DNA of 64,000 nucleotides from Eledone cirrhosa (Eukaryota): the NCBI GenBank assembly GCA_964016885.1, contig OZ024747.1, positions 89,032,001-89,096,000 of the forward strand, given 5' to 3'. The notes below the pieces were generated by a model. It was not told the DNA's origin and ran no database searches. It was given only the letters and a program-made list of their open reading frames with translations. Numbering within the stretch: position 1 is the first letter of the stretch; each line of letters begins with the position of its first letter. This document shows, piece after piece, positions 49,985 to 62,690 of this stretch. A program made the position numbers and the translations under genes.

Positions 49985-50370
49985 TTATGTCTGCTATTTC
50001 ATGCTTGCATGGGTTGGATGGGTCCCTTTCTGTATAGCATCTCTCCACTCGTTGAAATCTTTTGACATCTCTTCTGTGAGCTTCAGTGATTTGAGATCAG
50101 CTCTCACAACTTCTGCCCAAGTCTTCTTTGGTCTTCCTCTACTAAGGCTTTCTTCTATTGGGATTTGTTGACACTTCTTCACTTAGCGATCATCATCTAT
50201 GTATATCACATGTCCACACCAATGCAATCTCCTCTCCTGCACACTACTTCTGATCCTCTTATACTCAGCCTCTCTCTCAGTTTACCCAAGCTTTGTCATT
50301 CATACATATTAACATTACATATCATCAAAGCATGCTCACTTCATTTCTCTCCAGTCTTTGCATATCCTCT
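49985..50370 (-). mobile_element. RTE LINE 3' fragment
   Basis: RGRPKKTWAEVVRADLK and the RTE tail. Confidence 0.9.
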
Positions 50371-50404
50371 GCAGCCACACTGTCTATGTTTGACGTTTAT
50401 TTCT

Positions 50405-50570
<166 letters not shown>

Positions 50571-50989
50571 CATCATCATTGTTTAATTTTCCACAGTAGC
50601 ATGGGTAGGACGGGCTTTGTGAAAGATCAGGTCAGAGGACTGTGTTTTGCTCACACAACTGATTTTGGCTTCGTTTCTATGGTTGGATACCCTTCCTAAT
50701 GCTAACCACATTTATAGTGCGTGCTAGGTGCTTTTCATCATGACACCAGATGACCACTTTACATTGTGGGCTGATAACTAAAAACTTCCTGGTTCTATGA
50801 TACAAAACTGTTTGTTTTAAAGTGTTTATATATATATAGTAATAATAATAAATAAATATATATAAGATAAAGTATGGTAAAAACCAGCTAGACCATAACT
50901 CACCAGAGTTTAGATCCAGCTGTTGAAACAGCCTGAGCTCAGCCGTCGGGGTCCTCAATCTTTTCATATATATAACAAAACTAAAAGTC

Positions 50990-52850
50990 ACTTCATGATG
51001 AGAAATTTACAGAAAAATAGCTCTATGGGCAATACAATTTATATTGATTTCATAATACTTCCATAATATATAATGTTATTGATAGGAATGTTGATAAAAT
51101 TCCCAGATAATTAGATGAGATACTGGATGTTTTTATCTTGTCACTAGCATTGCATTTTGTCTGTGACCAAGACAACTTAATTTTCATTTAGACCAGTTCA
51201 CCTGACTGTAGTTAGGTAGTATAGGAGAGACGTGTCTTTATAGCATTGAGAAATGGTTTATTAGTTTACTATTGGACCAGTGCTGTTAATAATGATGGCA
51301 ATAACATTGAACATATTTGATTTTTGATGTCCATGATTGGTATGCCATATATGTACCAATATTATTGGATACAGGATCAATCATACAAACTGGGAAATTT
51401 GCATTTTGATAAATTAATGGCTTGCATAAAAAATCCTAGAGTTTATGTTGAGTAATTTCATATGTGAAAAGTGACTGTCTGGTCAAAGCAGTAATATGTT
51501 GTACTATTTTGATGACAGAATTTACTGATAGTGATTGGCATTGACATAGTGTCATCAAAGACCCTAAACAGGGATCATCTGGTGATCAAGACAGCAATAT
51601 ATATGTTACACTGATCTCTTAGTTTACTGATATTGTCTTCCATTAACACTGACACCAAAGACTCTAAACAGGGATCATTTGGTGATCAAGACAGCAATAT
51701 ATATATATTACACTGATCTCTGAGTTTACTGATATTGTCTTCCATTAACACTGACATCAAAGTCTCTAAACAGGGATCATTTGGTGATCAAGACAGCAAT
51801 ATATATATATTACACTGATCTCTGAGTTTACTGATATTGTCTTCCATTAACACTGACACCAAAGACTCTAAACAGGGATCATTTGGTGATCAAGACAGCA
51901 ATATATATATATTACACTGATCTCTGAGTTTACTGATATTGTCTTCCATTAAAACTGACATCAAAGACTCTAAACAGGGATCATTTGGTGATCAAGACAG
52001 CAATATATATATATTACACTGATCTCTGAGTTTACTCATATTGTCTTCCATTAACACTGACATCAAAGACTCTAAACAGGGATCATTTGGTGATCAAGAC
52101 AGCAATATATATATATTACACTGATCTCTGAGTTTACTGACATTGTCTTCCATTAACACTGACATCAAAGTCTCTAAACAGGGATCATTTGGTGATCAAG
52201 ACAGCAATATATATATATTACACTGATCTCTGAGTTTACTCATATTGTCTTCCATTAACACTGACATCAAAGTCTCTAAACAGGGATCATTTGGTGATCA
52301 AGACAGCAATATATATATATTACACTGATCTCTGAGTTTACTCATATTGTCTTCCATTAACACTGACATCAAAGTCTCTAAACAGGGACTTCTTTGTAAA
52401 TGTTTTTGAACATGCTATTCTCTTTCTCCATAAAATAATTTGTAAATATATAAATACCAGCAAATTGATTTTCCAGCACTCTTGGTTCTAAGCCTGTGCT
52501 GGATTATCAGTTTCATAATAATTCCCTAGAAATAGGTTCTACACCCAATGGGGGATGGAAAATTTAAGTCCCCATCCATAATTATATCCAGATAAAAGGA
52601 AGAACCATGCCATCAGTTACTAAAAAAATCAATGTAGTACTTGTATAATAAAAATGATAACCAAAAATTCCCATAGACACAGAGAGAAATATTTTTAGGA
52701 GATTATTGCCAATGAGGACACATGCTCTGATAAAGGTTTGACACACCTGTCTAGCTACACTACAAAACCAGGTTTGCTGAAATGCTGCTATGCCACTATA
52801 CCATATGTTTGACAAGAATAATATTTGTTTTTACAACAGTTTTTGTCTCC
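50990..52850 (-). pseudogene. Decayed intronless coding remnant (TM segments plus Cys-containing domain), candidate endogenous viral element
   Basis: Long minus-strand frames with sparse stops on both sides of the 102-bp array, e.g. LLSGYNYGWGLKFSIPHWV*...LLVFIYLQIILWRKRIACSKTFTKKSLFRDFDVSVNGRQY and DFLCKPLIYQNANFPVCMIDPVSNNIGTYMAYQSWTSKIKYVQCYAIIINSTGP. Confidence 0.4.
51553..52388. repeat. 102-bp minisatellite, 8 full copies plus a partial
   Basis: TAAACAGGGA recurs at 51565, 51665, 51767, 51869 and every 102 nt thereafter; units are near-identical. Confidence 0.98.
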
Positions 52851-53644
52851 TAAAACATGAACTCATGACTAAAAAAAAACAACTGAAAGAGTTAACAATA
52901 CCTTATCTCGCTGAAATCAGGTCACAACACAGCATTATTATTTCTCCCCTTCAATTATTTCTATTCTGGCTACTGAATTATAACATTGTATTCACATATT
53001 TACTATCCTCTGTTTATACTACATGCTCAAATCGACTCATATAGTTTGCAATTTTGAGGAGGAAATTCAATTTATGGCGAGTTTACCCGAAGGCATTAGA
53101 AAATAACTATGAATATTCATTCAATCTTCCCAAATAATTGACTTTTGAAAGCATATGAATATTTCTTTATGGTGATACTAAATAAAGAATATTTTTATCT
53201 TTAGTTTTAAACTTTTCTAATTATGGTCATTTCATTAATGTTTGAATAGTTTCATCATTATTTTTTCAATTTTTTTCTCTCCTAAATTTAAACTTTCCTG
53301 GCAATTTTAATCTAAAAATTGTAATGAAATTTTAAATTCATAACTGTCAATACACACACCTACCAAATCTTTCAACAAAACAATAACTTTAGCAGACGAG
53401 TTGATACTAAACCATCAACAAATGTATGTAGACTACCAGCCGTATGTTCATCAGTTCAAACTTTGCTACAATCATTCTGTCATGGCCAGCTCCAATCTGG
53501 TTTGACTGACTTGTTCAGAGACCCTACAATATATGATTTCAAATAGAAAGCTCCTCATAATCCTCACCAACTTCATCCCCACCACTACTACCATCATCAT
53601 CATTGTCGTTATCGTCATCATCATCAGCAGCAGCACCACTGCTG

Positions 53645-54010
53645 CTTCCGGGAAATGTTTAAAGCCACTCTGAGCATTCTTGTGTACATGCTATTAAGTT
53701 TCTTCTCATGTCGCTTAGTGAGTGTCCACGTAGTACTTCCATACAACATGACTGACTCCACTGTCGCTTGGAAGAATTTGTGTTTCATTTGTTTCAGGAG
53801 ATTTCATTTCCAAATTGTAGTCAGCTTATCCAAGGTATCCCAAGACTTTGCTGATGGGTGAATTTAAGACACTTTCAGTGAGATATTGTTTTGAGATTTT
53901 GCTTCCAATGTAAGTGAACTGGTCAATTTTCCTCAGTGGTTTATTGGTTAGGAATTTTATGCTGCCATCTTGGTTGTAACACATTTATTATGTTATGTTT
54001 GTATTTACAG
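53645..54010 (-). mobile_element. RTE-like LINE fragment (fourth family)
   Basis: Minus translation VESVMLYGSTTWTLTKRHEKKLNSMYTRMLRVALNIS. Confidence 0.8.
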
Positions 54011-54423
54011 TCTGATACCTCTTGCTGGCTCTGGCTATCAAGGGACCAGTGCTTAAGCACAATAGTAAATCTGGCACTGGTTACAAGGCCTTAAAATTTG
54101 GATGAATGGCATAGTCAGTTATATCAACCCCCAGTACTTGACTGGTATTTTATTTTATCAATTCCAAAAGGATGATAAGCAAAGTTAACCCTGTCAAAAT
54201 TTGAATTCAGAATGTAATAAGGTCTGTAAAAAACACTACAAGACATTTTGTCTGATACAATTCTGCCAATCCAATCAACAACACTAAAAAAAACAGATTT
54301 CCAAAGATATCATTTTGATATCATACTGAACATGTTGAGAATATTTAATAATCATCTGTCACGATATCATGGGATATATCATTGATATATCATTAAGAAA
54401 TCATATATATATATTTTGATAAG

Positions 54424-54457
<34 letters not shown>

Positions 54458-54479
54458 TTTTTTTTACTGAATGAAGAGA

Positions 54480-55036
54480 TATTAAATAGAAAAATATTCA
54501 GAAAAGTATTTAAAAATAAAACTTATATTCACTGATGCTTTCTAAGATGTTATTAAGTAAATATCACAATTAAAAAAATATATGGAGCGTGAGATATGAA
54601 ACATAGTGTTGATATATTTTTAATGCCTTTGGATATGATAAAAATATTCAGTTTTGGAAGAATATTTAAGTAAAATATTTAAATAAAATTATCGATAAGG
54701 AAAATTGGTTTCTGTTTTTTAAATGTTTTTTTTTTTATATGAAGAGTAAATGAAATGTAGTGGTGTTCATGATATTCGAAATAAAATTAGATTATTTTCA
54801 ACTGGGATTTTAAAACTGGCTTGACACAAGGTTTACAATGATACTGGATATTTAAAGGAATCTTGCTTCTTGTTAGCTGAAGAAAATTTCCAAGATAAAA
54901 AGCATTGATTAAAATTGCAAACAAAATGTACAGTGCTAGCAATCAGCTGTTTAAGCCTGAGTTGCTTGAGAAAACTCTGTCAGAATTAAAGACACCCAGC
55001 TGGGAATCCATAGCAAATGACATGGTTAATCTCTAA
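54480..55036 (+). pseudogene. Decayed coding remnant of unknown origin
   Basis: MKCSGVHDIRNKIRLFSTGILKLA*HKVYNDTGYLKESCFLLAEENFQDK, a frameshift in an A-run, then ALIKIANKMYSASNQLFKPELLEKTLSELKTPSWESIANDMVNL*. Confidence 0.3.
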
Positions 55037-55459
55037 CTAACGACTTGACTTCACACTGATAAAAAAACAAAAAGCAAAAATTTCCTAGCAAAGAAAAAAA
55101 AAACAATAACAGCAATAGCAACAATAACAACAAAAAAAAAACAGCAACACAATAACAACAATAACAAAAAAAAAAACAGTCTACAATCTAGACTGGCTGT
55201 TTCATAAGGTTTCATACTGATAAGAATATGGCTGTCAGTAGATTCAAAATTATTTCCTAATTAGCAGTTGGTATATAATAATAATTTGTCATTATCTGAA
55301 CACATATTTAGGATGAAATATAATTTTTAAAGTGTGAAAAACATTGTAATTCTCATGCTGGCTGTCAATGGTAAATCGTTGAATTAGAGAATCCATGATG
55401 CTAAAGGCAGCCATTTTACTCAATTAATAATCAATTCAAATATGTCAATCTTCCAGCTA

Positions 55460-56200
55460 ATACATACACACATAGATATTTCTATATATTTATACACACA
55501 CACAAACATGCTTCTATATATATATATACAAACACACACAAACATATTTCTATTTATATATACACACACACTCACACAAACATACTTCTATATATACATA
55601 CACACACACACAAATATATTTCTATATATATAAACACACACACAAACATATTTCTATATATACACACACATACAAACATACTTCTATATATATATATACA
55701 CACACTCACACAAACATATTTTTATATATACACACATGCAAGCGCATTTATACACATACACAAACATACTTCCATATATATATATACACACACACACAAA
55801 CATATTTCCATACACACATATATGCATGTGCATAAATACACATATACACATGCATTCGCATATATACACATACACAAGCATACTTCCATATATATATATA
55901 CACACACACACAAACATATTTCCATACACACATATATGCATGTGCATAAATACACATATACACATGCATGTGCATATATACACATACACAAGCATACTTC
56001 CATATATATATATACACACAAACATACTTCCATACACACATACACACATGCATGCGCATATGTACACATACATGAATATACTTCCATATATACACACACA
56101 CACATATACTTTCATATACACACACTTCCATATACACAAACGCATGCATGCATGCACATATGCACTCACTCACACATGCATATATAAAAATACACATATT
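55460..56200. repeat. AC/AT-rich complex satellite with a ~118-bp higher-order duplication
   Basis: Direct inspection. Confidence 0.9.
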
Positions 56201-56989
56201 TACATATTTTGCTATGTTATTTTAGAAACAGGAATAAAACCCCCGGAGGCTTTAGAGCTAATGATTTTGTGCTGTCCATAACCTTTTACAAGGATATTAG
56301 CAATGCAAAAGAAGTGGTTTCAATACAGAATTAAAAGCTGGCTATGAATTTTGGTCTGCCATTAACTCCTCCACCCCACTTCAGAACATTGATTGAAAAA
56401 TATACATTTACACATTCATGTTTTGGTGTGGGTTGAATGAGTCTTCAAATCCATACATCTAGTAGATTAGCTATGATGTATCAAGCTGCAGATTCATAGA
56501 AGTAAGAGGAGAGCTGCTGCTTCTGCTCCTGGCCATTTCACTTTGGAGTCAACTAGTTAAATCAAAGGATTAATAGCTTATATCACTGATGCTGCACTGT
56601 CTCTGGCATAGATACCAATCTCACTGTTTCATCATCATCATCATCATCATCATTGTCACCATCATCATCATCAGCAGCAGCAGCATCATTGTCATCATCA
56701 TCATCATCATCATCATTGTCATCATCATAATCATCATCATCATCATCATTTAACATCTGTTTTGCCTTTCTAGCTTCTAGCAAGAGTTTGGATGAATCAC
56801 TGTAGACCAGGTCTATACTCAAACAGGGTTAATGACCTCTCAGACTGGGCCTGATGCCTGTCAACTCACTTAATTCCTCACACTGTACCAACTACCCAGG
56901 CAGGTTGGGGGGCTCCTATCACACTTACAAAAACGTTTTCACACTTTTATTGACACCAGCACTAGAGACATTGTCATGTCTTTGATACA

Positions 56990-57603
56990 GCTTTCAAATC
57001 CCACTGAGGTTAGCTTTGCTTTTCATTCTCAGGAGGTCTATAAAATAAAGTACCAGTAATGTACTGGGTTAATTGAATCAATTTTACCCTCCCTCAAAAT
57101 TGTAAGCCTTGTGCCTATATCAGAAAACATTAATAATTGTTTCTATGTTTGGCACAAGGCCAGCAATTATTCCAGTATATTACTGGTACTTTATTTTATC
57201 GACCCCGTAAGGATGAAAGGCAAAGTTGATTTCTACTATAGGCCTGTAATGGGGGGAGGGGAATGTCGATTAAATCGACCCCAGTGCATTACTGGTACTT
57301 TATTTAACCAACCCCGTAAGAATGAAAGGCAAAGCTAACCTTGGCGGGATTTGAATTTAGAGCATAAAGGGCCATAACCATATGCCATGAAGCATGTTGT
57401 CCGACGCTCTACTGATACTGCCAATCCACCAGGCATAAGGCCAGCAATTAAATTGACCCCAAAGTGTTACTGGTACTTTACTTTATTGACCCCGTAGGGC
57501 GTATCACCCAGAAGCTGGCCCAGGACAAACAGTAAAGGAGGACCTTTGTTACTGCCCTACATGCCAGTGGGCATAAAGGGCAGTAGAAATAGTAGAAGTA
57601 ATT

Positions 57604-57651
<48 letters not shown>

Positions 57652-57765
57652 AGGATGGAAGGCAAAGCTAACCTCAGTGGGGTTTGAACTCAGAACATAA
57701 AAGGACATAGCTGTATGCCACAAAGCATGTTGTCTGATGCTCTACCGATATTGCCAATCCACTGC
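56990..57765. mobile_element. Nested Deu/Nin-like SINE cluster in both orientations with a (TAG)n tract
   Basis: Plus copy at 56990-57130 followed by several minus copies and fragments. Confidence 0.85.
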
Positions 57766-58184
57766 CTTTTTGATAATAATATCATTATGTCGTCTGGAAT
57801 CAGACATACAACCTCACTTACATTCATACACACTTCCTTACACAAGCACATACACACACACATATACACACACATTTCTTTTCATACACATATACAGACA
57901 GACATGCACTTAAACATGCATATATACTCACACATACACATATATATATCATCACCATCATCATTTAATGAATGTTAAAAGATGATGAGGATGATTTGTA
58001 TATGTGTTTATATATGCATGTTTGAGTGTATCTGTATGCATTTGTGCATGTGTGAGGAAGTGTATATGACTGTAAGTGAATCAGTGAGAGTATATTAGCT
58101 GAGAAGATTGACATATTTGAATTGATTAAAAATTCAACCAAACAGTTATCTTTAACCTTATGGATTTTTAATTCCAAAATAGAC

Positions 58185-58610
58185 CATAAATTGTTAGAAT
58201 TAGTAGAGCAACAGACAAAATGTCTTGCAGTGTGATGTTATGTATCTTTACTCAGAGTTCAAATTCCGCTAAGGTCAATTTTACCTTTCATCCAACCAAG
58301 ATCAATGTAATAGTTACCTGATAAATACTGGAGTCTATTAACCCTTTACTCTATATTTACTATTATATTTTCACAGTAAAGGCTTTACCTCACATAATTA
58401 TCTCACATAATATTGTATCTATGACATTTTTGATATTATTTATTTTGAGAATACCTTAACATCAATATGAGTGGCCGGTTACAGCCAGTTTGAACAGAAA
58501 TAGGTGAGAGAATTCTGGCCAGATACGGCCGGTTTAAATGCTAAAAGGTTAAATCAACCATATCCCTTTCTTCCACAGGCATTGCACGTAAGTTAAAGAC
58601 AATATAATTA
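58185..58610 (+). mobile_element. Older Deu/Nin-like SINE split by a family 1 MITE (58338-58552)
   Basis: GGAGTCTA-TTAA-CCCTTT ... GCTAAAAGG-TTAA-ATCAACC. Confidence 0.8.
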
Positions 58611-59489
58611 TGTTTCCATATATAGCTTTATGTGCATGTATAGTACATAAAATAATGTACAAAAGTCAGGAGGGTGAACAGTGTATGAGTCATAATACAC
58701 TCACACACACACACACACATACATACACACCACACACACTCATGTGTGCATATATATGGAGGGGCTGCCAGTAAAAGGAACAACATGAAATAAAGCATTT
58801 TGCTCAAGAACACAACATATCATCCAATAAAGTCCAGTCCAGAAATTGAGCCCACAACCTCATCATTATCAGTTCAACACCTCAACCATTAGGCCACATT
58901 TTTTCACAAAGTAATTAGTGATAATCAATGTGTATGTAATGAACTCAATAAAAAGTTCTTATAAATTAAGTCATTTAAGTTGAACAAAAAAAGAAGTGAA
59001 AATTCCGACATATCAATACCTTGGTAACATCAAGTACCACTGCTATCATTTTTTCAATAAAGAAGGAATTGGGGTGGGGGTGCTGTGTATTCTAATTTTT
59101 TTAGTATGAAAATAGTCCTAAATGCAAATAAGATAGAAATAAGATAGAATATATTATATCACATTGATACTCAGAAACCAATTCTTTACACAAAGGTTAA
59201 TGCAAACATAGAAGTCTTTTAGTTCTAATTGTTTGGGGGCATAAACAATAACAGTGGCTTTTAGATCAATGTAAATATATATACAGACATGGTCAAACAA
59301 ATATATATATACAGACAGACACACACACACATACAATTCCTTCAACACATCTTCCCCCACCCTTCTCTTTACTTCCACTTCATCTCTTCTACCATAGACC
59401 CTCTCATCCAGCTTCCCCTCTTCTCCCACTTTTGATTTTAACCATACCATATACCTTCCCTCTCTTGCATACCTCACACTTACAACGGC

Positions 59490-59730
59490 CTCAGCTCAAC
59501 TTTTCTTGCTCAACTTGTTCAACTTCTCTCACTCAATTGCTCCAGCTCAACTTCTCTTGCTCAACTACTTCAGCTCAACTTCTCTTGCTCAACTACTCCA
59601 GCTCAACTTCTCTTGCTTAACTACTCCAGCTCAACTTCTCTTGCTTAACTACTCCAGCTCAACTTCTCTTGCTTAACTGCTCATGCTCAACTTGTTCAAC
59701 TTCTCCCGCTCAACTTGTTCAACTTCTCCC
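59490..59730. repeat. 28-bp minisatellite built from 14-bp subunits (CTCAACTTCTCTTGCTYAACTACTCCAG)
   Basis: Direct inspection. Confidence 0.9.
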
Positions 59731-60274
59731 TCATTATCCCATATTCCTCATATTCACATGTCCCTTCCCTATCCCCTACTCTTACATGCCTGCCCCTCTC
59801 ATTTCATATTCTCCACCTCCCACATTGTATAGTAGATTATAACAGAATATCTAATTGACATATGCTCCACAAGTCATAGTGTAGGTATGCAGTAACACTG
59901 GAAAAACTACATGGAGGTGACATGGACTCCATAAGCCAGAGCAAAACCTCTGAATAAAAATCTGACTCAGTGTAGAGGGTACTTTTAGACTTGACATACA
60001 ATTTCTTTTACACTAGTAGTACAATAAAATACACCCAGTTCATGTTGCAAAGTTGTTATGCAGAGCTGCACTATCATATAGCATATACCAAGGAAATATG
60101 ATGACAAGAGAAAATCTATTCTTAAAATATGTTGTCCTAAGAATAATGTCTTGGATAATTTGTTGGAATTCTATTTTTTATCTGAAGAGTTAAAAATTCT
60201 GTGAACAAGTAAAATACGCTGCATTATCTAAAATGGAGAATTGTTTCTCACTTTAAGACTTCAATTCCTCTCAC

Positions 60275-60384
<110 letters not shown>

Positions 60385-61701
60385 AACCCTTGATATTAAA
60401 CTAGTACTTTATTTTCAAGACCTGAAAGAATAAAGGCAAAGTTGATTTGGTAGAATTTGAAATGACAGCGCAAAGATTCAAAACAAACACTGCAGGGTAT
60501 TCCATTAACTACTTCAACAATGAAGAAATTTAGAACTAAAATGACACAAATGGTTTAGTGTTGGGCTAAAATGCATTACAATATGTTTGTTGTGTTAGCA
60601 TGAAGTCAAATCTGAACAAGTAGACTGATAATCAAACACGTTCCAGCCATGACCATCCTGGCTTTATATATATTTAGGATTATGTTATTTAATTTGTCCT
60701 TCCCTTTTAAAGATATTTCAGTGGAATAGTTTTAGATTTAGCTGCTATTTCTAACATTAGAGTGACCATGTAGAGGCTCCACTCTATGGCTTGACAATGG
60801 TTTTATCACACTCGATTCTGTATTCAAATATCATAGACCTACCAACCCTAACCCAAACGGGGAATACCATGAAAAAAAAGTGCCCCTAAACGGGATCCAT
60901 TTTCACAAGAGAAGACATCTCCTCGTCAGACGGAGAGAGTTGACATTATCAACAATATTGATATCATCAACAAATTCGATTTGGATCATTTTGCCTCCCG
61001 GGTTTCGATAAAATACGATTTAACAGTATTCTGTAGTTGATTAAATTGAGAAAATAACAAAATAAAACAAACTATTTCATTTAAAAATTAGCTTTTTATA
61101 TTGAAGTCACTGAAATAATCGTGCTAGAAATAGCAGCCAAATCTCATTCTAATAGCACGGTAACGACTTATAAATGGAAGGATAATGTCAGCCGAGACCC
61201 AGAGACGGAGGGTTAGTTAGTTGGAAGTGGAGGTTACTCATTCGGACGTCAGTTTACATACATTTTCTAATATCTATCTGGATACATTATATCAGGGAAA
61301 CGATATGACGACTGAAATATGTTTGGTCATAAGGTTAGCTGATAAGACTATTTAAAAATAACAACAACAAAAATACTTCTTTGAAGACTCATGTGCTTTA
61401 AGGCAGAAGAAATATCAAATAAGTATACGTCAATAAATTATATTTAGATTAATAATGAAATATCTTAAAATAACCAAACGTTTATCGACTGATTTCCAGT
61501 CCAACAAATCTGCCATAAGGGAGAAAAATGTATGATGCAAGGGAAATAACTCTTGCAGATTCTATATTTCTCTAAATTGTTTTAAGAAACAGTAAAGTAC
61601 GTAAGTTTGTAAAATATGTAAAACAAAAAGAAAATCATTAAAAAATCGTTTTCAAAATTTGTCACCGAAAAGAAAATAGTAACTAGACAAATAAAGAACG
61701 A

Positions 61702-61757
<56 letters not shown>

Positions 61758-62289
61758 AATTATCTTTATAAATTGATTTTAGATAAATCAAGATAGATGT
61801 GCAGTATAGATATAATTAAACAAGAGTGAGGAAATTTTAGGTTTGAAAACGTATGTTAAGATAGAAATTATTCGTTATGTATCCGAAAACATGCTAAAAA
61901 ATCAGAATTTAACATTGTTATTATTGTTATTGATTTTGGTGGTTTGGCAACGGTGCTACAATTGTTGTTGTTGCTCTTGGTCATTGGTTTTAAGTCAGCC
62001 CAAATAGGACGGACCCATGATTAAAAGCATTCCAGTGGTGACTTTCTCTTTTTTTTTAGTTAATGTATATCCTGTACCAAAACGTTCAGTATGGCCTTTA
62101 AAAAATTAAAAAAAAGTCGATCGGGAGATTTGTCTACAATTTCCAGTAAGTCGACCGACCACACAAAGAATCTCTTGACATATGATTGTATGATTCAAAC
62201 AAGTTATCAATTATTAATATAGTTATCTGCATAATGGCGACTATATTTACAAATTTCCAATTTCCCTTATGTTATATAGTTACTAATTT

Positions 62290-62690
62290 TTACGTTCTGA
62301 GTTTTTTTTACGTTCTGTGTTGACGTTATTTTCCGTATATCAATATAATAAATACAGTTCAAATATTGGAGTCAATTTTTATACCAACTCACCTGGAACG
62401 GCTCCTGTTTCTCTGATACAAAACTGTCCGTTTTAAAATATTTATATATAAATGTTTTATATATAAAAACCTTTCAACGTAATTTTATCTGAGACCTTTT
62501 TAATTTGTATTCCACAAACAAATTTAATAACGAAAATGTTATTTTACTAAATACCTCCAGATTTTCTGTTATTTCCAAAATCAACTGAAACACATAGGCT
62601 GTGTAATTCATTAGAAATATGGTAACGAAAGAGGTAATTGATTATATCCCTCTCACAAAACTTGTAGCCCTTTGTCAGTGTTTAGAAATC
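62290..62690 (+). mobile_element. Degenerate SINE split by a family 2 MITE (62376-62637)
   Basis: AAATATTGGAGTCAATT-[...ATACCAACTCACC ... GAAATATGGTAACGAAAGAGG]-TAATTGATTATATCCC; left TIR partly deleted. Confidence 0.6.

Noticed and set aside
51553-52388. Tandem snoRNA or ribozyme array
   Set aside because: No RUGAUGA C box and no CUGANGA/GAAA pair on either strand of the unit.
60846-60854. Telomeric CCCTAA
   Set aside because: Only about 1.5 units; expected by chance.
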